Shown piece after piece: positions 31,829 to 41,386 of a stretch of DNA of 64,000 nt. The stretch is from an uncultured Lachnospiraceae bacterium (lineage in GTDB: Bacteria; Bacillota; Clostridia; Lachnospirales; Lachnospiraceae), in contig CAMWJF010000012.1 in assembly GCA_947174505.1 (NCBI GenBank), forward strand, positions 10,607 through 74,606, in the 5' to 3' direction. Numbering within the stretch: position 1 is the stretch's first letter; each line of letters starts with the position of its first letter. Both the position numbers and the translations under genes were made by a program. The notes under the pieces were generated by a model, which worked only from the letters and a program-made list of their open reading frames with translations, was not told where the DNA came from and searched no databases.

Positions 31829-32623
31829 TCAAATAATTTCTGTCTCCGTGATAATCCGCGCCGGGCGGATATCGTGCGCCTCCCATGGAATTGTGTCAAA
31901 GAGCTGGCAGCTAAACGCCAGCGCAGCGGTGGTAAGCTTTAGCCGCGGATACGCCGCAGCATCCGTTTCGCTTCCATTCTCTGCAAAACAGTTTAAATAT
32001 CTGTCATAAAAACCGCCGCCGTAGCCGATTCTGTGGCGCGCCCTGTCAAAGGCCGCGCCGGGCATACAGATCAGAACAGACGGCACAGCCCCTTTTTGCC
32101 CTTTTTCCTCCATGTCCGTCATCCGCTTTCCGTGAGTCCGCTTCCCGCATTGACTCATATAGTCATTCACCCATTCGTCAAACGACTGCCCGCCCGCAGG
32201 CTCCAAAATCCCCCGATACCCTGCCGACAGGTCATTCCGGGAAGAAATACGGAAAAAATCCATCTCTTTTCCCAGAACCTTCGGCGCAAACACCGCCTTC
32301 CCATCCGCAAAAGCCCGTTCCATGAAAGGAAAGGTGTCTGCCTCACTTCGAAAGCTGATGTAAACAAGAACCGCGTCCGCCTCCCGATAACAGGGCAGAC
32401 CTGTCAGATTTTGCACAATCCTGTCGCTGTAATCCCGCCGCTGCTCCGCAGACAGGCTGTCCCGTTTTGCAAGAGCCGCAAGGCGGACGCGTTTCTTTTC
32501 CGTCTTCTGTTCTTTTTCCGTGGCAGCGTCCGCACGCTCCCGTTTCTGATCCGCTTCCGGAGTCTCCGGGATTTCATCCGATACGGCAAACGCCGCGTCT
32601 GTCCGCACCCCGGTCCTATTCAT
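31829..32623 (-). CDS. 5-formyltetrahydrofolate cyclo-ligase
   Basis: ICMPGAAFD..RHRIGYGGGFYDRYL and WEAHD..IITE. Start overlaps the DUF896 stop (ORF track starts at 32800). Confidence 0.88.
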   Translation of the reverse strand: MNRTGVRTDAAFAVSDEIPETPEADQKRERADAATEKEQKTEKKRVRLAALAKRDSLSAEQRRDYSDRIVQNLTGLPCYREADAVLVYISFRSEADTFPFMERAFADGKAVFAPKVLGKEMDFFRISSRNDLSAGYRGILEPAGGQSFDEWVNDYMSQCGKRTHGKRMTDMEEKGQKGAVPSVLICMPGAAFDRARHRIGYGGGFYDRYLNCFAENGSETDAAAYPRLKLTTAALAFSCQLFDTIPWEAHDIRPARIITETEII

Positions 32624-32831
32624 GCCGTTTCTTCTCTCCCAGGTTTGTGATACTGCCGTCCTTCTCCACAATGGAGATATTGTCAAGCTGTCCCCTGAGA
32701 TTCGCCCGTACATTCGCCACATAAGCCTGCCGCAGCGCAGCCTGCTCCTCTTTCTCCGCAGGGGTAAGCCCCTCGTTCTGGGATTTGTGGTACAATGCAT
32801 TGATCCGCGCTGTCATCTGTTCTACATTCAT
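32616..32831 (-). CDS. DUF896 (UPF0291) family protein
   Basis: RINALYHKSQNEGLTPAEKEEQAALRQAY. Confidence 0.9.
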   Translation of the reverse strand: MNVEQMTARINALYHKSQNEGLTPAEKEEQAALRQAYVANVRANLRGQLDNISIVEKDGSITNLGEKKRHE

Positions 32832-32948
32832 ATACCGTTTCCCCTTTTTATGGTTCTATTTGTTAAACGTATCCATACAAATCTGTTTTATGATATTCCC
32901 AGAAATACTTTGTCCAAGATAGATCTGCTGCATACCTTTCTGCGCCCG

Positions 32949-32968
32949 GTCTTAGAACTTCTTCTCGC
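32949..32968. repeat. Family-1 repeat, collapsed copy H (proB 3' end)
   Basis: Minus strand GCGAGAAGAAGTTCTAAGAC is the left arm joined at the repeated TTCTAA. It encodes the last proB codons and the stop. Confidence 0.45.
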
Positions 32969-33821
32969 TCGCATGCATCTGCTGCACATAAAGCGGCAGG
33001 TCAAACTGTTCGTCCTTATGCGCCAAAAATAAGGTGCCGATATTCTGTCCGCTCAAAATGCGGTGGATCACCTTAATGTCCTTACTGTTGGCAATCACCA
33101 TATCCACCCCGGTGCTGCTGGCAATTTTGGCGGCCTGCAGCTTGGTTGTCATGCCGCCCGTACCCACGCTGCTCCCGGTGGACGCTTTTCCCATATTCAT
33201 CAGTTCATCTGTCAGCTCCTCCACCACCTCTATATACCTGACGTCGGGATTGGTGCGGGGATCGTCAGTGTAGAGGCCGTCGATATCCGAAAGAAGAAGG
33301 AGCGCGTCCGCCTCCACCAGAGAAGCGACAATGGCCGAAAGGGTATCGTTGTCGCCAATCTCGATCTCATAGGTAGCTATGGTATCGTTCTCGTTCACAA
33401 TCGGAATCACGCCCAGCTTAAACAGCTCCGCGAACGTATTCCGGGCATTGTAACGGTTCAGGTTATCTACAATTGTATTTTTCGTCATCAGAATCTGGGC
33501 CGCCACCTGATTATACTCGGCAAAAATTTTCTGGTAAATCATCATCAGCCGTGCCTGCCCAACCGCGGCGCACGCCTGCTTCACGGCGATAGGGTTATCC
33601 TCCTCCCGGTTCGGCAGGATCGCCTTCTCACCCACGGCTATCGCGCCGGAGGTGACGAGCACCACGTCCTTACCCATGTTTCTTAAATTGCAAAGCTCCC
33701 GCACCAGCACGTCCAGCTTCGTGTAATCCAGATCCCCGGTCTCCCTGTGCTGTAGGGAGGAGGAACCGATCTTTATCACAATCCTCTTTTTATCCGCCAT
33801 CAAGGCTTTTCTGTCTGTCAT
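32952..33821 (-). CDS. proB: Glutamate 5-kinase (no PUA domain)
   Basis: IVIKIGSSSL, VTSGAI, PIVNENDT, GDNDTLSA and GTGGMTTK. Start at MTDRK behind GGAGG. Confidence 0.95.
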   Translation of the reverse strand: MTDRKALMADKKRIVIKIGSSSLQHRETGDLDYTKLDVLVRELCNLRNMGKDVVLVTSGAIAVGEKAILPNREEDNPIAVKQACAAVGQARLMMIYQKIFAEYNQVAAQILMTKNTIVDNLNRYNARNTFAELFKLGVIPIVNENDTIATYEIEIGDNDTLSAIVASLVEADALLLLSDIDGLYTDDPRTNPDVRYIEVVEELTDELMNMGKASTGSSVGTGGMTTKLQAAKIASSTGVDMVIANSKDIKVIHRILSGQNIGTLFLAHKDEQFDLPLYVQQMHASEKKF

Positions 33822-33889
33822 TTTATCCTCCATAAGTAAGTCATCGCAGTGCCAGCTCGAAAAACCTTCGTTTTTCCTCATTACTTTCG

Positions 33890-35749
33890 TCATCTTACCA
33901 CATTCCCGTATGCGGACGCAACCTTCTCCGCGATCAGGATGCCGTCCATCGCCGCAGAAGTGATGCCGCCCGCATAACCGGCGCCCTCGCCGCAGGGGAA
34001 AAGCCCTTTCAGGGCAGACTGTCCCGTCTCGTTCCGCAGAATCCTTACCGGGGAAGAGGTTCTGCTCTCCACGCCAGAGAGATACGCATCCCCGTCGGCA
34101 AAGCCTGACATTCTTTGACCAATCAGGTCAACCCCTTCCACAAGCGCCTCATTCAGAAAACCAGGCAAAATCTCATGCACCGGAGCAAAAGTCCATGCCC
34201 CCTTGATGGCAGGGACAAAGCCCGGATACCGCGCGCATAGCATGCCGTCCCCCCCAGCCGTCCGTGTCACCGGCAGCGCGCTATCCTTCTGCCCATGCAT
34301 CTGCGAAAAAACGCTTTCCCCGCCCTCTGCCTGAAACAGCCTGTCTTCACCCCGCCCGGCGCGGACCGCCTCGTGGAAATCCCCGTAACGCGCCACAGGC
34401 ACCGCGCCACGGCCGATTCTGTATGCCTGCTCTTCCAGATGCCGCTGAAATGCAATACCGGCAAGCGGTCCTGTGCCGCCGTACGGCTCATAATCCGTGG
34501 GAGATACGGTGACGATCATGGCGCTGTTGCTGTTTGCGCCGTCCCGCCCGCTGTAACTCATGCCGTTTACCGCCGTCCGCCCCGGCTCAGAGGAGGCGTT
34601 GACTACATAGCCGCCGGGACACATGCAGAAAGAATAGACGCCCCTGCCGGAGACAGTCTTTGCCGTCACCTTGTAAGGAGCGGCCGGGAGGGAAAGGCCG
34701 CAGTCCCCATACTGCAGTCTGTCGATCATCTCACGGGGATGTTCCATGCGGAGTCCCACCGCAAAAGCCTTTGCCTCCATGGGCACCTGCAGTTCGTGAA
34801 GCATCTGAAAGGTGTCCCGCGCGCTGTGGCCAATGGCGAGAACGACCGCGCCGCCTCGTATCTCTTCCCCGTTTACAGCCACGCCCGCGACCTGGCGATC
34901 CTGCATGGCAGTTCCCGCTGTCCGCCTATCTTCCGTAAGCAGCCCTGTCACCTGCGAGTCAAACCGAACCTCACCGCCCCACTCTATAATCTGTCTGCGC
35001 AGATGCTCCACCACACGGACCAGAATGTCCGTACCGATATGGGGCTTTGCCTCATACAAAATCTCTTCCGGCGCCCCGGCTTCCACGAAAATGCGCAAAA
35101 CCTCCCGCATACGCCCCTTCGGGTCTTTGACCGTGGTAGTCAGTTTACCGTCGGAGAATGTGCCTGCGCCGCCTTCTCCAAACTGCACGTTGGAACCGGG
35201 ATCTAAAACGCCTTCGCGCCAGAACCGTTCCACGTCCTCCTGACGCTTATGTACTTCTTTTCCCCGCTCCAAAATCAGGGGGCGCAGTCCCGCTCTCGCC
35301 AGCATATACCCGCAAAAAAGCCCGGCCGGCCCTGTTCCCACAATGATCGGCCGGTCACCGGGCTGCAGCTCTCCTGCAATCCGTTTTTCGAAAACTGCCA
35401 TTTTGTTTTTCCGGCTCTCATCTGAAACCGCCTTCCTGCCTTCCTGTTTCTCGTCCGGGACGGCTTGCTCCGGCGTCGGAAATCGGTACGGTTCCACTTC
35501 CACAAGCTGAATCTGCCCGTTTTTTCCCCGAAGCTTCCGAAAAACAGCCTGCTCGTCCGCCACCGTCACATCCACCGTATAAACCCGACAGATATCAGGC
35601 TTTTTTCTGGCGTCTATCGCCCTTTTCACAATGGAAAGGGACTGTATGGCGGAAGGTTCCATCCGCAGCAGCTTTGCCGCCTTTTTGAGAAGCGCAGCTT
35701 GCTCGTCCTTACAGTCCGCCGCCAGTTTGATCTGTTGTATCCGAATCAT
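33890..35749 (-). CDS. FAD-dependent oxidoreductase (uncharacterised conserved family)
   Basis: GTGPAGLF, GEGGAGTFSDGKL, SFCMCPGG and GEGAGYAGGITSAA motifs. Confidence 0.88.
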   Translation of the reverse strand: MIRIQQIKLAADCKDEQAALLKKAAKLLRMEPSAIQSLSIVKRAIDARKKPDICRVYTVDVTVADEQAVFRKLRGKNGQIQLVEVEPYRFPTPEQAVPDEKQEGRKAVSDESRKNKMAVFEKRIAGELQPGDRPIIVGTGPAGLFCGYMLARAGLRPLILERGKEVHKRQEDVERFWREGVLDPGSNVQFGEGGAGTFSDGKLTTTVKDPKGRMREVLRIFVEAGAPEEILYEAKPHIGTDILVRVVEHLRRQIIEWGGEVRFDSQVTGLLTEDRRTAGTAMQDRQVAGVAVNGEEIRGGAVVLAIGHSARDTFQMLHELQVPMEAKAFAVGLRMEHPREMIDRLQYGDCGLSLPAAPYKVTAKTVSGRGVYSFCMCPGGYVVNASSEPGRTAVNGMSYSGRDGANSNSAMIVTVSPTDYEPYGGTGPLAGIAFQRHLEEQAYRIGRGAVPVARYGDFHEAVRAGRGEDRLFQAEGGESVFSQMHGQKDSALPVTRTAGGDGMLCARYPGFVPAIKGAWTFAPVHEILPGFLNEALVEGVDLIGQRMSGFADGDAYLSGVESRTSSPVRILRNETGQSALKGLFPCGEGAGYAGGITSAAMDGILIAEKVASAYGNVVR

Positions 35750-35842
35750 AGCTTATATACTCCCGTCTGAAATCTGTCCCTTCACACGATGCGCTGCCTA
35801 TGCCGCCTTTTTCTTCCTCACCCGGCTTCTATGTGGCGTCAG

Positions 35843-37072
35843 TTACGGATTCCGGGCAGCCGCCCTGCCGGCGACCGTTCCGCTGCTCCACGCCCACTGT
35901 AAGTTGTAGCCGCCGCAGAGCCCGTCAATATCCAGAATTTCTCCCGCAAAATAAAGTCCCGGCTGCTTTTTTGACATGAGATTTTCCGTTACCTCCCTGC
36001 AGTCCACACCGCCCGCGCACACCTGTGCCCTGTCAAAGCCGTTCGTTCCCGTAACCACCGTCTCCAGACTGAGATACAGCTCCTGCAGTCGCCTAAATGC
36101 CTCCGGGGAGACCTGCTCTGCCCGCTGCGTCTCCCGGATGCCCGACAGTTTTAAGAGCAGGTGGTTGATTTTCTTATTGACTATACCGGTCAGAAACACA
36201 TCCATCTCGTCCCCACCGTGCGCCGACAGCCTCTCCCGGAAAAAAGAGCCGCAGGACATAGCGTCGAAGTCAGGCAGAAAGGACAGGCGCACCGTGACAG
36301 GCTTTTTATCAAGCAGCGCATAAGCCGCCGTCCGGCAGAGCTGAAAAGCCGGTATACCGGAAAGCCCGTAATCCGTAAGCTGCAGTTCGCCCCGCTCCTT
36401 TCCGGCTTCCTGTCCCTCCACCCGCAGGGTAAGCGCCGCGTCACACCGCACACCCGCCACCTGTTTATAAAAGGACTCCTTACAGACAAGCGCGGCAAGG
36501 GCAGGCACGGGTCTGACAATTCGGTGCCCGAACCGCTCCGCAAGCCGGAAACCGTCCCCGTCGGAGCCGGTATTCGGCGCCGCCATGCCACCGCAGCAAA
36601 GAATCGCCGCATCATAACAGAGGTCCTTTCCCTGACGTCTGATCAAAAATTTTTCCTTGCCTTTATCGAAGGAGAACGCCCGTACCGTCTCCCCCGTATG
36701 TACCGTCACACGCAGCCTGTCAAGCTCATAGCGCAGCAGGTCGAGCACCGTGGAAGCCTGATCGCTGGCCGGATACAGATAGCCGTCCCGCTCCCTGATC
36801 CGCATACCGAGGGACGCAAAAAAGGCCTTTGTCCGCGCCACGCCAAACGCGGAAAGCGCGCCGTCAAGCAAAGCCGTTCCGCTCCCGCGGTAAAATTCCA
36901 CGCCCATCGCTTCATTGGAAAAATTACATCTGCCGTTTCCCGTGGACAAAATCTTTTTTCCCACTCTGTCATTTTTTTCATAGACCGTGACCGCCGCGCC
37001 TTCTCTGGCTGCCTGAATCGCCGCCATCATGCCCGCCGCGCCGCCGCCGATCACCACAATCCGTCTTCCCAT
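35843..37072 (-). CDS. HI0933/YhiN-family flavoprotein
   Basis: GGGAAG, KILSTGNGRCN and GEILDIDG..GGYNLQWAW. Start at MGRRI (ORF track starts at 37120). Confidence 0.92.
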   Translation of the reverse strand: MGRRIVVIGGGAAGMMAAIQAAREGAAVTVYEKNDRVGKKILSTGNGRCNFSNEAMGVEFYRGSGTALLDGALSAFGVARTKAFFASLGMRIRERDGYLYPASDQASTVLDLLRYELDRLRVTVHTGETVRAFSFDKGKEKFLIRRQGKDLCYDAAILCCGGMAAPNTGSDGDGFRLAERFGHRIVRPVPALAALVCKESFYKQVAGVRCDAALTLRVEGQEAGKERGELQLTDYGLSGIPAFQLCRTAAYALLDKKPVTVRLSFLPDFDAMSCGSFFRERLSAHGGDEMDVFLTGIVNKKINHLLLKLSGIRETQRAEQVSPEAFRRLQELYLSLETVVTGTNGFDRAQVCAGGVDCREVTENLMSKKQPGLYFAGEILDIDGLCGGYNLQWAWSSGTVAGRAAARNP

Positions 37073-37096
37073 CACATTTTCCCTTTTCAAATATAC

Positions 37097-37195
37097 CGGA
37101 GAATACCGTTTTTCAGGCATTTCCCTAAGTGAGATTTCGTACTTCTTAGCAAAGCAGCCACTGATGCTGTGCTTTAGAAGTACGAAATCTCACTT
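37097..37195. repeat. Family-1 palindromic repeat, copy B
   Basis: Perfect 20-bp arms AAGTGAGATTTCGTACTTCT/AGAAGTACGAAATCTCACTT plus a GGAGAAT hairpin. Lies 4 nt from the upstream stop. Confidence 0.88.
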
Positions 37196-37199
37196 TTGT

Positions 37200-37940
37200 T
37201 TAGCTGGAGTAGGATTCCAGGAACAGATACAGTTCTTTCTCGCTGGCCACATGCTTTCCCGCCATGATTTCCCTCTGCAGGGCGTCCGGCAGCCGCTCCA
37301 GCAGAATATCCGTATTCATGTAAAGAGTGCTTCTGTCCTCCTCGTACACCACAATAAAATGATCCGCCACCATCAGATAAAACCCCTGTGGCTCCGGCTC
37401 CTTATAATATTTACAGACCGCCACCCTGTCTTTGGAAAAGGCCGTCAGTTCGATCGTCTCAAAGCCCTGTTCCAGCTCCGATAGCGGCGGATTATCCTCA
37501 TAGGAGGACAATGCCTCCAAAAGCTCCTCCCGGTTTAATCCGATGTACATGACGGGAATTGTCTCCTCGCTCTCTGTAACGGTTCCCTTTGACAGATCCA
37601 CCATTTCCAGCAGATACCGCGTGTCCGCCGTCACCACAGGCTCTGGTGCTGCCGCCGCCTCGATTACCTGATCCTCCGCCTCCGTATCAATGAACTGCTC
37701 CTTCGCCGTCTCGTCCGTCTGCCCGCCCTGCGGAACCGGCGTCACATGGGAAACCACATCTGCCAGCTGCGATACCGACTGCCGGAAGCCGTCCGTCTCC
37801 TCCGTGCCGGTCTGCTCTGTGCCATGACGGTATCGGTGCGGATAGAAATATTCCTCCGCCTTCAGTGCGCCCCAGCCGCCGAGGCCCAGCATGACCACAG
37901 ACAATATCATAAAAAGACTGATACGTTTTACAAGCTTCAT
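37200..37940 (-). CDS. BofC C-terminal-domain-like forespore protein
   Basis: N-terminal TM helix; C-terminal YMNTDILLERLPDALQREIMAG..LESYSS resembles the BofC C-terminus. Forespore-type promoter upstream. Confidence 0.6.
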   Translation of the reverse strand: MKLVKRISLFMILSVVMLGLGGWGALKAEEYFYPHRYRHGTEQTGTEETDGFRQSVSQLADVVSHVTPVPQGGQTDETAKEQFIDTEAEDQVIEAAAAPEPVVTADTRYLLEMVDLSKGTVTESEETIPVMYIGLNREELLEALSSYEDNPPLSELEQGFETIELTAFSKDRVAVCKYYKEPEPQGFYLMVADHFIVVYEEDRSTLYMNTDILLERLPDALQREIMAGKHVASEKELYLFLESYSS

Positions 37941-37976
37941 TCCGTTTTAAACCTCTCTTGTCGGATCTCCTGTAAT

Positions 37977-38005
37977 CAGTATCAGCCAATTCCTTTTTTT
38001 TATAC
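37977..38005 (-). promoter_or_regulatory. Putative sigma-F/G promoter
   Basis: GTATA-N17-GATACTG. Confidence 0.5.
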
Positions 38006-38012
38006 AACAATC

Positions 38013-39659
38013 TTACAAAATGCCTGTCGCTCTGCCAAGTGCAATGAACAGGAAGCCGAGCGGCATCTCCTGCAGCTCCGCCTCGTCGATCACCCGGAGG
38101 AGCACAAGGAAAAGGATGTGAAGGAACACTCCCACAAACAGGGATATGATAATACAGAGCGCCGCCCCGGCAACCCCTGAAAGCAGCCGGTTGATCAGAT
38201 ACACAACCAGCCCGGAAGCCGCCGCTGCCGCAAGCGGGAACAAAATTCCCTTAAACCAGTCCGGCTTGTATTTTATGCGTCTGTCCAAAAATACATAGGC
38301 CAGAACCATATAGATGCCAAAGAACAGGATCAGGGCACAGAGCAGTCCGTCCACTCCCATATGCCCCCGCTGCGTCATAAAGTAAGCGGCAGCCAGATGT
38401 ATCATGAAAGAAGCCGCTGCCGCAAGAAACAGCTCCCGTGTCATCCGCATTCTATATAAAATCTGTCCGAACAGAAAACTGAACGCAAACAAAACAGCCA
38501 GAACCGCTCCCTTTGACAGCCATCCCGCTAATACCGCAGACTGTGCTGTCGTTCTCCCGTAGCAGCAGACGGAAAACGGTTTTCCCAAGACAGCCAGATA
38601 TATCGCCGACGGAAAGGCCATCATGGACACGTTTCGTACCGCCCTGCCCATCCGCTCCCGCATACTACGGTATTCCTCTCTCTCGTAAGCATTGGAGATT
38701 TTTCCGATCATTCCGTGCACAAACAGACAGGAAACCGCCGCGCAAATCCCCACAAGCGGCGCAAATTTGCCGTAATAGCACCCCCACTGGGCCGTCCGCA
38801 CATTTCCCTGCTCCGTCACATTCATGCAGTAGTTAAAATAACGCTGGTCTGCGATCATAAACAGATTGGAAAGCACGGCGACCGCCGCAAGCGGCACCAT
38901 ATTAATGGCAAGCATCCGCTGGATCTCAAAGCGGGTTTCGGCGCGCCTGCTGTTGTCCTGTCCCGGCCGGCCTTTAAGCGCCCCCGCATAAATCACATAA
39001 ACCAGAAGCAGATGAAGCAGGGCCACCACCTGCGAAATACATACGCCAATCATTGCACCAAGCGCCCCGTAGGCATAACTGTGCGCCTCCGTCTTCATAA
39101 GAGCCGCCACCTTCTGACCGTATCCGTAAAAAGCCCTGCCGCTAAGAAGCGCCCCAACAAACATGGCAAGCTTTTCGATATATTGGGAATGCGCCGTAAG
39201 CACACCCATTCCGTAACCGCTAAAATATCCCCTGAAAATACCGACAAGTGCCGCCAAAAATACAGAGGGCGCCGCCGCCATCACCGCCATGCGGCTCAGA
39301 CGCTCCAGAACAAGCACCTCTGCAATCCACTTGGAAAAGAATAACACAAATAAGGCCATCACCGTGCCCGTAAAAAGGTTCATGACAAAGGCCGTCCGAA
39401 ACACTTTACCCGCATTCCGATACCGTTCCCGCTTTACCCGGTAGCGTATGATACCGGCCATGGCGTTGGACATGCCGTAAGATATGACCAGTGTAGTCAA
39501 TATAAATAACTCAAAAGCGGGAGCAAAAAGTCCCACACCCGCATCCCCTATGATCCTTGAAAGCGGAACCCGCAGGAGGAGAAGGAGCATATAAGAAACA
39601 ATCCCCGCCGAGAGGACAATCCTGTTTTTCAGATTTTTCGCCATCCATTGTATATTCAT
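38013..39659 (-). CDS. MOP-superfamily flippase (SpoVB/MurJ-like polysaccharide biosynthesis protein)
   Basis: About 14 TM helices; RIIGDAGVGLF and FRGYFSG..PTA-like motifs. Confidence 0.8.
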   Translation of the reverse strand: MNIQWMAKNLKNRIVLSAGIVSYMLLLLLRVPLSRIIGDAGVGLFAPAFELFILTTLVISYGMSNAMAGIIRYRVKRERYRNAGKVFRTAFVMNLFTGTVMALFVLFFSKWIAEVLVLERLSRMAVMAAAPSVFLAALVGIFRGYFSGYGMGVLTAHSQYIEKLAMFVGALLSGRAFYGYGQKVAALMKTEAHSYAYGALGAMIGVCISQVVALLHLLLVYVIYAGALKGRPGQDNSRRAETRFEIQRMLAINMVPLAAVAVLSNLFMIADQRYFNYCMNVTEQGNVRTAQWGCYYGKFAPLVGICAAVSCLFVHGMIGKISNAYEREEYRSMRERMGRAVRNVSMMAFPSAIYLAVLGKPFSVCCYGRTTAQSAVLAGWLSKGAVLAVLFAFSFLFGQILYRMRMTRELFLAAAASFMIHLAAAYFMTQRGHMGVDGLLCALILFFGIYMVLAYVFLDRRIKYKPDWFKGILFPLAAAAASGLVVYLINRLLSGVAGAALCIIISLFVGVFLHILFLVLLRVIDEAELQEMPLGFLFIALGRATGIL

Positions 39660-39687
39660 CGTTATCCTCTAAATAGTATCCGCCGCT

Positions 39688-40188
39688 CTACTCCCTGGTG
39701 ATGGAAAGCGCCTGCAGAACTGTCTCCTGCTTTTTTTCCATCACGGACGCTTCCTCCGGCTCCATATGGTCGTAGCCACACAGATGATACAGGCTGTGCG
39801 CCAGTAGAAAAGCAAATTCCCTGCGCTCACTGTGCCCGTATTCCGCCGCCTGTTCTTTCACCCGCGCCGCATTCAGAATAATATCTCCCAAAACCAGCTC
39901 TCCGCTGTCCGGGTCAAAACAGTCCGCTTCCCGTTCCTCCACACCGGAGAAATCTCCCGGCGTACCAAACTCCAGGTTGGGAAAAGAAAGCACGTCCGTC
40001 TCCGAATCGATGCTCCTGTAATTCCTGTTGTACTCCCGGATACCCGCGCCGTCTGTCAGAAGGAGATTTACCACCGCCTCATAGGGACAGTTCTCACTGT
40101 CAAGAACAGCTTCCGCGACACGGTCAAGCAATGCCTTTTCATCAAAAGAAAAGGACAGTGCCGTCTCACGCTCAACGTAGGAAGTCAT
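39688..40188 (-). CDS. ybeY: rRNA maturation endoribonuclease YbeY
   Basis: TDVLSFP, LGDI and HSLYHLCGYDH motifs. Confidence 0.95.
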   Translation of the reverse strand: MTSYVERETALSFSFDEKALLDRVAEAVLDSENCPYEAVVNLLLTDGAGIREYNRNYRSIDSETDVLSFPNLEFGTPGDFSGVEEREADCFDPDSGELVLGDIILNAARVKEQAAEYGHSERREFAFLLAHSLYHLCGYDHMEPEEASVMEKKQETVLQALSITRE

Positions 40189-41386
40189 AATAAAGCTTCT
40201 CCTTGATAAATATTTTCTTCATTTCACATATCTGCCTTAAGGAAATCTCATTTCCCCAAAGCTCGTCCGTCTCAAATTTCTTTTTGAATACCGTATCGAT
40301 CAGCTGCTCGTAATCCAGCTCCGCCTGGGGATCTTTCGCAAACAGATACAGGATGGATGAAACGATACAGTCCGCAAGCAGGACGACCATCGTCTCCTTG
40401 GAAACAATCTTAACATCCGGATCCACATACTCCTTTAAGATCTGTTTTGTCTTCGGCGGGAAATGGTATTTATCGCAGATAGCAGACACATTTTCCCAAG
40501 TGTTTTCCCCTGTAAGCTTTCCAATCCTGTGGTAATACCCGCATGCCTTTACAGCCGCGTCGTCTATGCCGAGGCTTCTTGCGACCTTGTCTCCCAGATA
40601 GGCCGTATGAATCGCGTGATAATATTCCTCCCTGGAAAACTCTTTGAGCTGCACGAGCAGGGGACACTCCGGATCATTGATCTCCATGTATCTGTCCCGG
40701 TATCTGTGGATTACCATGGAACTTACCATCTTCAGGCCGACTAAAAGCAAAATACAGCAGACCATCAGATTGATGCCCGGTATCATGAACTGGGCGATGG
40801 AAAGCCGCTCCTTCGCAAACAGAATCACGTTCGCCGTCAGACTCAGGGCCAGAACCAGCAGGGAAATCAGCATCGGAATCCCTACATGGAACTCCTCATC
40901 CAAAGTGGCAAATACCAGTATCCCGGCCAGGCCGCTGATAAAATAGAGCCAGAAAATGGCATAATCACAGCCCGCAAAGTTCACGGAAAGAAGCAGGCAC
41001 AGGCTTCCCGCCACAAGTCCTGTCATACCGTTTGAAAAGACACCCAGCAGTACAAAAAACACCAGATACGGCCATCCCGTAACCGGTAAGAAAGGCAGAA
41101 ACACCGCCGCCGCAAGGCAGATCAGATAAGTGAGGGCAAATCTTCCGTACCGTCCCTCATTGCGATAGACAAAAAAACCGTTTATCTCACTCATCACATA
41201 GGAAAAGATAACACTCCCGCTTCCGGCCAGAAGCATAACGACGTTTCGGATCATCTGATCTGTTTCGCAGCGGTAAAATACGCTGCCAAGCCATGCAATC
41301 ACGCCGGCCAGGGCAAACATAAACATAAAAATCACAATTCTCTTAATAATATTGCTGTTTTTCTGAAGATTACTATTATTTTCCAC
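40172..41386 (-). CDS. 7TM-HD protein in the PgpH/YqfF position, with a degenerate HD motif
   Basis: About 8 TM helices then an HD-like domain (YYHRIGK, LLAD). Located between phoH and ybeY. GTG start proposed (ORF track starts at 41443). Confidence 0.75.
   Translation of the reverse strand: MENNSNLQKNSNIIKRIVIFMFMFALAGVIAWLGSVFYRCETDQMIRNVVMLLAGSGSVIFSYVMSEINGFFVYRNEGRYGRFALTYLICLAAAVFLPFLPVTGWPYLVFFVLLGVFSNGMTGLVAGSLCLLLSVNFAGCDYAIFWLYFISGLAGILVFATLDEEFHVGIPMLISLLVLALSLTANVILFAKERLSIAQFMIPGINLMVCCILLLVGLKMVSSMVIHRYRDRYMEINDPECPLLVQLKEFSREEYYHAIHTAYLGDKVARSLGIDDAAVKACGYYHRIGKLTGENTWENVSAICDKYHFPPKTKQILKEYVDPDVKIVSKETMVVLLADCIVSSILYLFAKDPQAELDYEQLIDTVFKKKFETDELWGNEISLRQICEMKKIFIKEKLYYDFLR

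Noticed and set aside
31829-32800. Extended N-termini in the ORF track (for example 32800, 59828, 62634, 8171, 46373, 47968)
   Set aside because: The extensions run through upstream genes, repeats or promoters. Downstream starts have better RBSs and match family N-termini.
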